From assembly GCA_963790025.1 (NCBI GenBank), contig CAWBMP010000004.1:1344001-1408000 (forward strand): a stretch of 64,000 nt of DNA, in the 5' to 3' direction. This DNA comes from Nitrospirota bacterium. GTDB taxonomy: Bacteria; Nitrospirota; Thermodesulfovibrionia; Thermodesulfovibrionales; Dissulfurispiraceae. This document shows, piece after piece, positions 49,858 to 59,392 of this stretch. Numbering within the stretch: position 1 is the first letter of the stretch; every line of letters starts with the position of its first letter. The notes beneath the pieces are model-generated. The model made no database searches. It was given only the letters and a program-made list of their open reading frames with translations, and had not been told where the DNA came from. The position numbers were made by a program, and so were the translations under genes.

Positions 49858-50199
49858 TTAATGTCCGCAACTGCTGCAGCCGCCCGAGCCGGACTGGCTG
49901 GAGCCGCATGAAGGAGCAGCGCCTCCGGAAAGTGTAAATCCTTCCCGCTCTCCATCACTAATATAGTCGAGCCGCATCCCTGTAAGAGTGACTATTGTAC
50001 TCTTATCCACAAAGACCCTCAACCCGTCTTTCTCGATCACCTCGTCATCAGCAAGCGGTCTTTCATCTAAATCAAGACCGAATGATGGCCCGCAACATCC
50101 TCCGCCGGAACTATAGATTCTAAGTCCCCAGCTATCTTTGCCCTCTGAAGCCAATATGGCCTTAGCCTTCTCTGCAGCCTGTTCAGTAATGGTAACCAC
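49858..50199 (-). CDS. HesB/IscA-family Fe-S carrier
   Basis: ITEQAA, GLRI..GGGCCG, D.VI..DG.RVFVD, C-terminal SCG..CSSC; GTG start after GGAGG. Confidence 0.87.
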   Translation of the reverse strand: MVTITEQAAEKAKAILASEGKDSWGLRIYSSGGGCCGPSFGLDLDERPLADDEVIEKDGLRVFVDKSTIVTLTGMRLDYISDGEREGFTLSGGAAPSCGSSQSGSGGCSSCGH

Positions 50200-50316
50200 A
50201 CTCGTACCTCCAATATTTGATACTTTTAGCATAAAAGAAATTGGGCCAAAAAGCAAATAGACACTGAACCACCACCTCTTCTTTGACCTTTTAGCCGAAT
50301 ATAGGATATTTTATAG

Positions 50317-51384
50317 ATGGCTATGTTATTAATTCATCGTTCTATATTGAAAGAACTGCTTTCTTCTTTCTTCCTGTCCATCCTTTTTCTGAATTTCACG
50401 CTCATGATGGAAAAGTTGTTGCGCTTGAGCAGACTGCTTGCAGGAGTGGGCGCCTCGGGGTCCGACATCGCAAAGATAGTCTTTTACCTTCAGCCACAGA
50501 TTCTTATACTCACCATCCCCATGGCCATGCTGCTGTCCGTTCTTCTTGTTTACGGAAGGATGGGCACCGACAACGAACTGACCATACTGAAGGGCAGCGG
50601 CATGCCGTTCAGGTCCATAGCACTTCCAGTTTTCTATTTGGGACTGGCGTGCTTTTTCGTCGGCAGTTCAATGAGCTTTTATCTGAGTCCTAAAGGCAGC
50701 AAGAACCTTCGAACGGGGCTGCAGGACATACTGACCAGACGGGCGCCGATGACTATTGAAGAGGGCATTTTTAATACGGCGTTCAAAAATATTATGATAC
50801 TGATCAAAGCAAAACCAACCCCCACCACCTTGTCAGGGGTTTTCATTGTGGATGAACGAAAAAAGGATGAACAGAAAATAATAGTAGCAAGGGATGGCGA
50901 AATAATACCTGAACACGATTCATTGAGCTTTTCTCTCTCCGACGGCCACGTATATATAGCAAAAAAAGCACTTATTACGGAAATACAGTTCGGAAATTAT
51001 CATTTAAGACTGGCGCCGTCAATTGAACCTGGGGACCGCAAAAACAGCGAAATGACGCCGAGTGAACTTTTGAGGGAGGCCGGGACGGATTCTGCTAAAA
51101 GAGTCTCTTATCTGCTTGAATTTTACCGCAGGATTTCCATGCCCGCCATATGCTTTATACTAATCCTCCTGGGTCCGTCGCTGTCTCTTATGGCTGGAAA
51201 GTCCGGGAAGCTGGGAGGGCTGACTGTGGGGTTGTCAGTATTTGCTTTCTATTACACATTGCTCATTTATGGCGAGAATCTGGCCCGATCAGGCAAATTG
51301 CCGCTCATCGCCGGCGCCTGGCTGTCCTTCACAATCCTGTCGGCGCTCGCGATAGCGGTATTCGACAGGGTGAACAGAAGATGA
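50317..51384 (+). CDS. lptF: LPS export permease LptF-like
   Basis: YjgP/YjgQ topology, GRM..DNELTILKGSG; paired with the next gene. Confidence 0.82.
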   Translation: MAMLLIHRSILKELLSSFFLSILFLNFTLMMEKLLRLSRLLAGVGASGSDIAKIVFYLQPQILILTIPMAMLLSVLLVYGRMGTDNELTILKGSGMPFRSIALPVFYLGLACFFVGSSMSFYLSPKGSKNLRTGLQDILTRRAPMTIEEGIFNTAFKNIMILIKAKPTPTTLSGVFIVDERKKDEQKIIVARDGEIIPEHDSLSFSLSDGHVYIAKKALITEIQFGNYHLRLAPSIEPGDRKNSEMTPSELLREAGTDSAKRVSYLLEFYRRISMPAICFILILLGPSLSLMAGKSGKLGGLTVGLSVFAFYYTLLIYGENLARSGKLPLIAGAWLSFTILSALAIAVFDRVNRR

Positions 51385-51414
51385 ACCCCGAATTCACCAT
51401 CAAAAACCGTAAAC

Positions 51415-51557
51415 AACAGAGCACACAGAGATTTTTCTCTGTGCTCAAAAAATTTCAGCAGGGAATAAATAATACTTTTTTCACAAAAGAGTGCACAGAG
51501 TTTAAAAAGTGTTTTGAATTATTTAAATTAATGATTTTCTCTGTGTTCTCTGTGGTT
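51415..51557. repeat. CACAGAG / CTCTGTG inverted short-repeat element between lptF and lptG
   Basis: gagcacacagag..ctctgtgctc and cacagag...ctctgtgttctctgtgg around an AT-rich spacer. Confidence 0.65.
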
Positions 51558-51566
51558 TGATTTGAT

Positions 51567-52673
51567 ATGTTAATTGTTCAGAAACTTTATATTAAGGAAT
51601 TTTTGAAATCGCTTATCGTGGTGGGGCTCGGCATATCGCTCGTTTTCAGCATCATCGGTCTCGTAGACAAAATTGACGAGTTCATGCCGCATAAGCCTCC
51701 GCTAAAATTGCTCGTTGAGTATATTTTGCTGACGATCCCGAAATATTTTCATTACCTTATGGCAATGTCAACACTGCTTACCAGTTTGTTTATATTCTCC
51801 ATTGCGATAAAAAGAAAGGAAATCGTCATTATAAAGGCCGCTTCCGGCAGAATGAAGCGCATTCTTATGCCTTTTCTGGGCATCGGACTGGCGCTCACAA
51901 TGCTTGGATTTGCCCTTGAGGAAATAGTAATTCCGACCACGTCGAAACGGATCAGGTCAATAAGAAACCAGATAACGGAAAAAAAGAAAGAGGTGACCTT
52001 TAAGGACGGTACGCTCTACATGCGGGGGAAGGACGGCTCTATTGTGCGTATCGCATTATATCTGCCCGATCAGAATCTCTCTAAGGACGTCAGCATTTTT
52101 ATATTTGACGGTGGGGTCTTGAAAGAACGTATTGATGCGGCCACTGCAGAATGGTCCGGTTCAGCATGGAAACTCAAAAACGTTACGGAGTACGACATGT
52201 CGAACGGCAAGATATCCAGCCGGCCGGAAATGCCATACCCGAACATTGAATCCCCAAATATATTCAAGGAGGACCTGTGGGCAGTTGAAGAAATGAACAT
52301 GATTGAGCTGATAAAATACCAGCAAAGGCTTGCTGAGGCCGGATTCAAGAACATCAAGCTCATTGTCGATATAAGTTCAAGGCTGTCATACCCTCTTATT
52401 AACCTTTTCATGCTGCTTCTCGGCATATCGTTATCGGTAGGCGGTGAACACAAGGTGTTGCAGAAAATCCTCCATGCAAAATCCTCTTCTTCGCACAGCG
52501 GCGTTATTGCGGCGGGGCTTGGCCTGCTGATAAGCCTTGTTTACTGGCTGGGATACTCCGTATTTCTGTCCCTGGGCTACACCGGGGCAATATCCCCGGC
52601 TGCTGCACCGTGGGTTATGCCGCTGTTGTTTGCCGCAATTTCCCTTTATCTTTACTGGCAAATACCGGAATAA
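51567..52673 (+). CDS. lptG: LPS export permease LptG-like
   Basis: KEIVIIKAASG, beta-jellyroll middle, LSYP, AAPW.P. Confidence 0.82.
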   Translation: MLIVQKLYIKEFLKSLIVVGLGISLVFSIIGLVDKIDEFMPHKPPLKLLVEYILLTIPKYFHYLMAMSTLLTSLFIFSIAIKRKEIVIIKAASGRMKRILMPFLGIGLALTMLGFALEEIVIPTTSKRIRSIRNQITEKKKEVTFKDGTLYMRGKDGSIVRIALYLPDQNLSKDVSIFIFDGGVLKERIDAATAEWSGSAWKLKNVTEYDMSNGKISSRPEMPYPNIESPNIFKEDLWAVEEMNMIELIKYQQRLAEAGFKNIKLIVDISSRLSYPLINLFMLLLGISLSVGGEHKVLQKILHAKSSSSHSGVIAAGLGLLISLVYWLGYSVFLSLGYTGAISPAAAPWVMPLLFAAISLYLYWQIPE

Positions 52674-52683
52674 AAATAGCAAA

Positions 52684-52756
52684 CAGTAGGAAGCAGACAG
52701 TAAGCAGCAAAAGATAAAAGAAACTGAAAGATCTGCTTACTGCCTACTGCTTACTT
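52684..52756. repeat. heptamer-repeat hairpin (CAGTAGG/CAGTAAG facing CTTACTG/CCTACTG) at the lptG/deoC convergence
   Basis: cagtaggaagcagacagtaagcag...ctgcttactgcctactgcttact; supplies the deoC stop codon. Confidence 0.72.
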
Positions 52757-53457
52757 TTTGCTTCTTTTATTATTGCCTCTCCAGCGCTTGTTCCAATCCG
52801 GGCGGCCCCTGCCCGGATAAAGCGCAGCGTCTGCGACAACGTTTTAATACCACCGGCCGCCTTGACTTCAGCCCTGTCTTTTACAATGCTTTTGATCAGT
52901 TTAACGTCTTTTGTCGTTGCGCCCTTTGCCCCAAACCCGGTCGATGTCTTTATAAAACGTGCCCCGCAACTCACCGCAATTTCCGTGACAGCATGCTTCT
53001 CTCTCTCGGTCAGATAGCATGTTTCGATAATGGCTTTGTGGACGACCTGCCTGGATGCGGACACTATTTCTGAAAGCTCTTCTCCTGCAAAATCGAAGTT
53101 CCCGGACTTGACCGCTCCTATATTTATTACAATATCAAGCTCCTGTGCACCGTATAGCACCGCTTGCATCGCCTCATAGACCTTAATGTTCTTCATGGTC
53201 ATTCCCAGAGGAAAACCTATTACAGTTGTTACTTTGATATCATATCCACTCAGAATAGCCTTGCAAAGCGGAACATAATAGGGGTGAACGCAAACCGAAT
53301 GAAAATTATTCCGCATCGCTCCTTTACAGAGTTTTATTATGTCGGCCTCTGTAGCATGCGGGGTCAAGAGCGTTTGATCAATGTATCGTGCCAACTCTTC
53401 CGGAGAAGGCCGTTTACTCCCATAATGAGGGACCTTCTCCTTTTTTTTCTCTGACAT
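52744..53457 (-). CDS. deoC: deoxyribose-phosphate aldolase
   Basis: IDQTLL, VIGFPLG, KAIIET, KTSTGF, KAAGGI, RIGTS; true start may be downstream. Confidence 0.93.
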   Translation of the reverse strand: MSEKKKEKVPHYGSKRPSPEELARYIDQTLLTPHATEADIIKLCKGAMRNNFHSVCVHPYYVPLCKAILSGYDIKVTTVIGFPLGMTMKNIKVYEAMQAVLYGAQELDIVINIGAVKSGNFDFAGEELSEIVSASRQVVHKAIIETCYLTEREKHAVTEIAVSCGARFIKTSTGFGAKGATTKDVKLIKSIVKDRAEVKAAGGIKTLSQTLRFIRAGAARIGTSAGEAIIKEAKSKQ

Positions 53458-54298
53458 ATCCTTTCACCTCTTGCCTGTATTTTGCCTGGAGGAGAGCGGA
53501 GGTCTCCCCTATGTTGAAGTGCGCTTCGTCAACCCTGCTCACCGGCATAATCTCCATAGTCGAATTAGTTATGAACACTTCTGAGGCCTTGTACAGGTCT
53601 TCAGGTCTGAATTCGCCTTCGCTTATGCGAATAGCATTTTTCACAGCCAGATCAATCACCAGGTCCCGCGTAATGCCGTCAAGGATACCGCACTTGATTG
53701 AGGGGGTGCATAGCACCTGGTCTATTACAAAAAAAATATTGCTCACCGTACCTTCTGCAAGATACCCCGAGGCATTGAGCATGATCGCTTCGTTTGCATC
53801 TGCCTTCTTAGCCTCAATTTTTGCAAGTATGTTATTGAGAAAGTTAAGTGATTTTATCTGCGGATTAAGCGCTTCTTTCAGGTTTCGTCTGACTTTGGCG
53901 ATATTCAGTCGAATCCCTCCTTCATAATACGATCGGGGATAGGGTTTGAACTTCTCGGCAATTATTATATATGTAGGCTCTTTGCAGAGGTCAGGGTCAA
54001 GGCCGATATCACCGTACCCCCTAGAGACTGTCAACCGGACATATGCATCGCTTAAACCGTTTGCCAGGAGTGTGTCATAAACAGTACCTTTGATATCTGC
54101 ATCACTTTTAGGAATATCAAGCCCTATAAGCGAGGCGGAGCGGCGTAACCGTTTCAGATGCTCATCGATCAAGAAAACCACGCCATCATAGACGCGCACC
54201 GTTTCATATATGCCATCACCATATAAAAAGCCGTGGTCAAATACTGAAACCTTTGCCTCTGCCGCAGGGACGATCTTGTCATTCAGATAAACAAACAT
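53414..54298 (-). CDS. class IV PLP aminotransferase (IlvE/Dat/PabC family)
   Basis: DHGFLYGDGIYET, IKSLN, EGTVSN, LDGITR, EVFITNS. Confidence 0.92.
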   Translation of the reverse strand: MFVYLNDKIVPAAEAKVSVFDHGFLYGDGIYETVRVYDGVVFLIDEHLKRLRRSASLIGLDIPKSDADIKGTVYDTLLANGLSDAYVRLTVSRGYGDIGLDPDLCKEPTYIIIAEKFKPYPRSYYEGGIRLNIAKVRRNLKEALNPQIKSLNFLNNILAKIEAKKADANEAIMLNASGYLAEGTVSNIFFVIDQVLCTPSIKCGILDGITRDLVIDLAVKNAIRISEGEFRPEDLYKASEVFITNSTMEIMPVSRVDEAHFNIGETSALLQAKYRQEVKGYVREKKGEGPSLWE

Positions 54299-54312
54299 TA
54301 AACCCTCGTTTT

Positions 54313-54657
54313 TTAAAATGCTTCCATTATATGTTTTATCTCATCTTTTCCATTTCTGGAAATAATACTTACTACGTCAAACCTGACCGGTCTTTCCGAC
54401 TTGTGGACCTTGAGATAATAGAGCGCTATTTTTTTCAGCTTGCCCTGCTTCCGGAAGTCCACTGCTTCAAAAGGCTCTCCAAAGGCATTACCTGTCCTTG
54501 CCTTTACCTCTACAAATATAAGAATATCGTTATCACAGATAATTATGTCGGCCTCGCCCAGCGGTGTCCTGTAATTGCGGTGCAGGATCTTATAGCCCTT
54601 TCCTTTAAGAAAGTTCGCAGCAATATCCTCGCCCTTTTGCCCAAAACGTTTAAGCAT
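54313..54657 (-). CDS. yraN: YraN family nuclease-like protein
   Basis: G..GE, RNYR...GEADII, FVEVKAR, RFDV. Confidence 0.92.
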   Translation of the reverse strand: MLKRFGQKGEDIAANFLKGKGYKILHRNYRTPLGEADIIICDNDILIFVEVKARTGNAFGEPFEAVDFRKQGKLKKIALYYLKVHKSERPVRFDVVSIISRNGKDEIKHIMEAF

Positions 54658-55130
54658 TATATATCACCCAGGAAGCCTTCTGCCTCCTCAGTCTCCCCCA
54701 CAGTAACTTCTGTCCCGGCCAGCCGTTGGAGAAGCAGGGGGACTCCCTCTATGTCCTTTATGTCCTTCTGACAAAGCACTTTTATTATCTCCCTGAAAGG
54801 TGAGAATTCCTCCCATAGGCCCCCCAGATGGGACGACACCGATTTGTAGAGATGCTCTCCTTTGTTGTCCCAGTCCATAAGAAGGATAACACGGTGATAA
54901 TGGTCCGCCATATCCTCACAGAATTCGTATATGCCCCTGCCTCCATGGAGAGTGATGACTTCACCCACCATGCCTATTTTCCTCAGCGCCGAGACATCCT
55001 TTCTGCCCTCGACAATAATGGGTATCCTTTTATTGACTTCGTATAGGGCCTGAAAAACCACTCTGAGCCTTTCAGCCCTTTCCAGATCAGCCTGACCGGT
55101 CAAGGTGCGTTCACCGTTTTTTATTCCCAT
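54657..55130 (-). CDS. small stand-alone TOPRIM domain protein
   Basis: IIVEGRKD, LMDWDNKG. Confidence 0.8.
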   Translation of the reverse strand: MGIKNGERTLTGQADLERAERLRVVFQALYEVNKRIPIIVEGRKDVSALRKIGMVGEVITLHGGRGIYEFCEDMADHYHRVILLMDWDNKGEHLYKSVSSHLGGLWEEFSPFREIIKVLCQKDIKDIEGVPLLLQRLAGTEVTVGETEEAEGFLGDI

Positions 55131-55492
55131 ACAATCACCTTTGCGCTCCAGATTGCGCCTATGTCCCCGAAAATGAACCACCCGCCTGTAGGCATTGCCA
55201 CACCTTTCGGCAAGCCCTGAACAAGATCGAACAATGCGTCTCCACCCATCTCCCTGGCTTCGGCCTGCAAATGGTCGACTGCGTCCTGAAAGTGGTGAAA
55301 CGGCCCGGTGCTGGCGATTGCAACGCCTATGATCCTGTAAGGACGCTGGACACCTGCTGAAGAAAAGATTTCTTCATTATACGCCGCCGGCTTAGGGGAC
55401 CTTTCCGATTTATCGTAAAGGATATTTCTTGTTGTGGCACACCCACATAAGAGTAGTGCAGATAAAAGAATTAGAAAAGCCGACCTGCTCAT
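55121..55492 (-). CDS. lipoprotein, YbjQ-like fold
   Basis: lipobox LCGC, RPYRIIG, EAREMGGDA. Confidence 0.7.
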   Translation of the reverse strand: MSRSAFLILLSALLLCGCATTRNILYDKSERSPKPAAYNEEIFSSAGVQRPYRIIGVAIASTGPFHHFQDAVDHLQAEAREMGGDALFDLVQGLPKGVAMPTGGWFIFGDIGAIWSAKVIVWE

Positions 55493-55506
55493 TTATCCGT
55501 TCTGGA

Positions 55507-56760
55507 TCAGGAGATAAGGTATCCGAACCTGCCGACAAACTCGGCTGGACTCATATTCGCAGTGCTTGCTAGGCGCTCCAGGCGCTTTCCTTCGAAATCC
55601 TCGGGGGTTAATCGTATCATATACTTCAGTCCCACCTCATACGTTTCAGATGTAATATCCACCTTCCTGACCTTTACCCTGCCTGTCGGATAGTCCACAA
55701 GATCGGCAAAAGGAATTGCCCTAAGATGCCCCTCACTATGTACTATCATTGCACCCGTTCCTCCCTTAAGGAGATACCGGATAGCGCCGTATCCAAGGTC
55801 TCTTGTATATTCGAGATCAAAAGGTATAGGACCGGCAGCCCGCAATTCATACCCGATGTTCTTGTCCACTATAGTGACGCGTATGCCCAGATCATCAAGG
55901 GTGTTCACGACAAAATTTTTCAGCACCCGCCCAAGCTGAATTTCGGAAAGCCTGGTCCTGCCGGTTTCATCTTTTTCCATCTGCTCATAACTGGTGAGTT
56001 CCTCATAGTCGAATTTCTCCGAAATGCCTTCGGCAAGGATGGCAACACCGTGGTCTATGCCATAGGCGAGTCTTTTTATTATAGAGCCTGCAAGCACATC
56101 GGTGACCTTCTTGAAGGACAGTTTTTCCTCCCTGAATTCTTCTGCAATGAGTGTTATTGTTGCGCCGGCAGCCTTTCCGATCCCGAGCGCAAGATGCCCG
56201 GCATGCCTGCCCATGGTGGTGATGAAATACCACCTGCCCGTGGTCTTTGCATCTTCCATTATATTTGAGACAATTTCTACTCCATAGTGCCGCGCAGTCT
56301 GATAGCCGAAAGTAGAAAGCCCCCCCGGCAGGGGGATATCGTTATCAATAGTTTTTGGCACATGAACAACTTGCATGGAACCCCTCGATTCCCGCTCAAT
56401 CCAGTTGGTCATAAAAAGTGTGCCCTCACCGCCGATACCAATAAGATACTTGATGCCAAGCTGTTTGAATGTTGACATCAATACCTTGAATTTCTCCTTA
56501 ACTTTATCAGGAAAGTCCCTGGAAGTCCTTAAAATAGAGCCGCCCTGCGTATGTATCCTGGAGACGTCATTGATAGTGAGTGGCACAGCGCAGTCGGTAT
56601 TGCCATCAAAAAGGGGTTTGAAGCCGCCCTTTATCCCGATGACCGTTTTGCCTTGATTAACAGCCTCGATAGTGGCCGAACTGATGACGGCGTTGATGCC
56701 GGGGGCCGGGCCTCCGCCTACAATGATTCCGACTATTTCGTGGCTTTTTTTATGTGTCAT
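55507..56760 (-). CDS. 6-phosphofructokinase, Pfp short-chain-like (GGGPAPG)
   Basis: GGGPAPGIN, GGSILRTSR, GGEGT, PKTIDND, MGRHAG, GYELR. Confidence 0.9.
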   Translation of the reverse strand: MTHKKSHEIVGIIVGGGPAPGINAVISSATIEAVNQGKTVIGIKGGFKPLFDGNTDCAVPLTINDVSRIHTQGGSILRTSRDFPDKVKEKFKVLMSTFKQLGIKYLIGIGGEGTLFMTNWIERESRGSMQVVHVPKTIDNDIPLPGGLSTFGYQTARHYGVEIVSNIMEDAKTTGRWYFITTMGRHAGHLALGIGKAAGATITLIAEEFREEKLSFKKVTDVLAGSIIKRLAYGIDHGVAILAEGISEKFDYEELTSYEQMEKDETGRTRLSEIQLGRVLKNFVVNTLDDLGIRVTIVDKNIGYELRAAGPIPFDLEYTRDLGYGAIRYLLKGGTGAMIVHSEGHLRAIPFADLVDYPTGRVKVRKVDITSETYEVGLKYMIRLTPEDFEGKRLERLASTANMSPAEFVGRFGYLIS

Positions 56761-56761
56761 A

Positions 56762-57979
56762 TTAAATATGCCTTCTAACAGGCGGTTTTTTCAAAAAGAG
56801 GTCGAAAGTATATTTTTCAGGTTTCCGTCCGAAACAGGTACCCAGGCTCTCAAAAAGGGCGATTTCACATATATCAACCTCTTTCCGTTTTATGGCCTCA
56901 GGAGTCGGCATATAGCGGATCTCTTTACCTTCAACATCGACAATGGTGTTGCCTGTCTTTCCCTCCAGCAACAGAAGCACTGCTCCGGCGCCCGCCTTGT
57001 AACCGAAATTCACATCATAGGCGGAAGACCCTCCGGCACGCACGATATGACCGAGCATGACTTCCCGCACCTCGGGAAATTCATAAACCCCCGGAGCATA
57101 CATTCCTGTCTTTATCATAAACTCCTTCATCCCGGGATCGACCTTCAGGCGTTTCTCAAGCTGCTGCCTCACATATTTCCCCGCACCCGCAAGCTTCCTG
57201 TGTCCGAAAGCGTCCATTCCTGCCGATTCGTCATAAAGTATTTCACCACTGGCATTCTTCATGCCCTCGGAAATCACCATTATATAAGTTCCCGACTTCA
57301 CATCACTGCGCAACACTCTGTTGCAATAGGTGGCCTTCATATGGTCGTAAACGACATCAAAGTCCACGGGTATTTCAGGTATCAATATACAGTCGGCCTC
57401 GGCGCCGATCCCACCGTGCAGGGCGGTGTGTCCTACATATCTGCCGAATACTTCGATTGCCAGAATACGGTTATGGCTGAGGCCGGTAGTCTTCAGTTCC
57501 CGTGTGAATTGGGCGATTCTGTTGATAGACGAATCGCCGCCCACACTGTAAGGCTGAAGGTCCAGGTCCATAGTCTTGGGTACATGAATGCAGGGTATGC
57601 CCTGGGAACTGAGGTCAACAACAACGCTTCCTGTGTCATCGCCCCCGCTTATTATCAGGGCATCTATACCGAATTTTTTGAGTCCCTCTTTAATCCGCTC
57701 ATATTTATTGGGGTCTGCAATTTTACTGATCTTCACCCTGGAATGGCCAGCCTCGCTCCCTGCAAGAGAGGCCTCGATACGGCTGACCCTCTCCGCGTTA
57801 AGCAAAACCACAGATTCGAGTCCTACAAGGTTGTAGAGCCCTGCGTAGCCGTTGGGAATGACAACAGACTCGATACCCAGATGATACGCCTCACGCGCCA
57901 CTCCTTTAATGACCGCATTCAGACCGCCGCAATCACCGCCGCTTGTAATGATACCTATCCTTTTAATATCAGACATCAA
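56762..57979 (-). CDS. 6-phosphofructokinase family (group III-like)
   Basis: TSGGDCGGLN, GGDDT, PKTMDLD, EVFGR, LGHIVRAG. Confidence 0.9.
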   Translation of the reverse strand: MMSDIKRIGIITSGGDCGGLNAVIKGVAREAYHLGIESVVIPNGYAGLYNLVGLESVVLLNAERVSRIEASLAGSEAGHSRVKISKIADPNKYERIKEGLKKFGIDALIISGGDDTGSVVVDLSSQGIPCIHVPKTMDLDLQPYSVGGDSSINRIAQFTRELKTTGLSHNRILAIEVFGRYVGHTALHGGIGAEADCILIPEIPVDFDVVYDHMKATYCNRVLRSDVKSGTYIMVISEGMKNASGEILYDESAGMDAFGHRKLAGAGKYVRQQLEKRLKVDPGMKEFMIKTGMYAPGVYEFPEVREVMLGHIVRAGGSSAYDVNFGYKAGAGAVLLLLEGKTGNTIVDVEGKEIRYMPTPEAIKRKEVDICEIALFESLGTCFGRKPEKYTFDLFLKKPPVRRHI

Positions 57980-58060
57980 ACCTTCCTCCCCTGTAGAAAT
58001 GTTGCCGGGAACTCAAAGAGCCTCCGAGCAGCGCATTGAGCGCCCCGCAGCATTCAAAAT

Positions 58061-59380
58061 TTAACATTTGTTTTTCAAGGAATCTTTATTTTCCATCAGA
58101 GCCTGAACAGGTTTGAGTCCGTAAGGGCTCCCCTGTTCTATCGCAGTGAGGACCGTACCCCCGCCGGTAAAAAAGTAGTATTGCGTGTTATCCAGCACCG
58201 AAAGATAAAGGCCGGGACACAAACTCTTAAATTCCTGCAGGGTGTCTCCGCCTCCGTACATTTTAATAGCGGCCCTGTTATGGTCGATCGTGCTGTCCAG
58301 CGCTGCCGAGCCCTCGGTAAAATGCGGTGTATATCCCATTACCGCATTGACAAAAATAGTCCTTGCATTGAGGATGCTTCCGACAACTGCCTCGTCCTCA
58401 AAGGAGCGCGCATCGATGTCCAGAATATATTTGTATTGTTTACCCTGGCTGAAATCCTTTATAGAAAGCGGCCTGTATTTACCCTCAACTTTCCCTTCAA
58501 GTGTATCTGATTCAACGAGGTAGGGCAGCTCGACAATCTTATGGTTGGCCCGGTCTTTTTCAACGAGGTCTTTTGCTGTCGTCACATCTTTATCCGACAC
58601 GCCTTCGATCCTTATTCCGTATTTGGCACAAAGGAAGGCATTATAAATCACTCCCCCGAGAATCAGCTTGTCAACTTTATCATAGATGGCGTAAAGCGGC
58701 CCGATTTTCGTATCATACTTCGCACCCGCAACTACAGCGATAAAAGGGCGTTCGGGATTAATCACCGAATTCAAATTGGATATTTCCTGCTGCATCAGAA
58801 ATCCGGCATAGGACGGAAGGTACTTTGTCACATCGTAGGTTGAGGCGTGGGGCTGCCAGGAGCCGAAGGCGTCGTTAATAAAAATGTCTGCAAGGCCCGC
58901 AAGCTGGAGGGCCAGGTTCTGCCGTTCCTGCCCCTTTGATTCCTCACCCTGAAACCATCGCGCATTGGGAAGATATATCCCGCCGACCTTTCTTTCACGC
59001 AGGCTGCGGATGGCCAGATTTATAGAAGTATCTATCCCGGTTATCCCCAGTTTGGGGTCAATATTAAACCTCGGAATATGGAAGGTAGTATGCAACTTGT
59101 GTTCAAGATATTCGGCAATAGGTTCAACCGAGTCGCTCGGCCTGCAGGTGATTTCCTCAGTCTTCTTATCTTTCGGCCTTCCTATATGGGTCATAAGTAT
59201 CGGCCTGCCCCCGCGCTCCACAATGTTGTAAAGCGTTCCGAAGGTCCTGTCTATCCTGTAAGGATCTTTGATCTCGCCGCCCTTTACTACATTATGGTCA
59301 AATCTGACAAGAACAGTTTTGCCGGCAAGGTCTGCCTCCTGAATTAACGGCAGTCGGGGATCCATTTCCAGTTTGTCCAT
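58061..59380 (-). CDS. pgk: phosphoglycerate kinase (divergent)
   Basis: VLVRFDHNV, THIGRP, INDAFG, GAKYDTKI, GGGDT, TGGG. Confidence 0.88.
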   Translation of the reverse strand: MDKLEMDPRLPLIQEADLAGKTVLVRFDHNVVKGGEIKDPYRIDRTFGTLYNIVERGGRPILMTHIGRPKDKKTEEITCRPSDSVEPIAEYLEHKLHTTFHIPRFNIDPKLGITGIDTSINLAIRSLRERKVGGIYLPNARWFQGEESKGQERQNLALQLAGLADIFINDAFGSWQPHASTYDVTKYLPSYAGFLMQQEISNLNSVINPERPFIAVVAGAKYDTKIGPLYAIYDKVDKLILGGVIYNAFLCAKYGIRIEGVSDKDVTTAKDLVEKDRANHKIVELPYLVESDTLEGKVEGKYRPLSIKDFSQGKQYKYILDIDARSFEDEAVVGSILNARTIFVNAVMGYTPHFTEGSAALDSTIDHNRAAIKMYGGGDTLQEFKSLCPGLYLSVLDNTQYYFFTGGGTVLTAIEQGSPYGLKPVQALMENKDSLKNKC

Positions 59381-59392
59381 ACTATACCCTCC

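Noticed and set aside
49858..50199. Selenocysteine-containing HesB-like protein
   Set aside because: The motif is encoded as Cys-Cys, with no in-frame TGA
56672..58039. 455-aa plus-strand ORF
   Set aside because: Antisense shadow of a well-supported pfk gene, with no recognisable motifs
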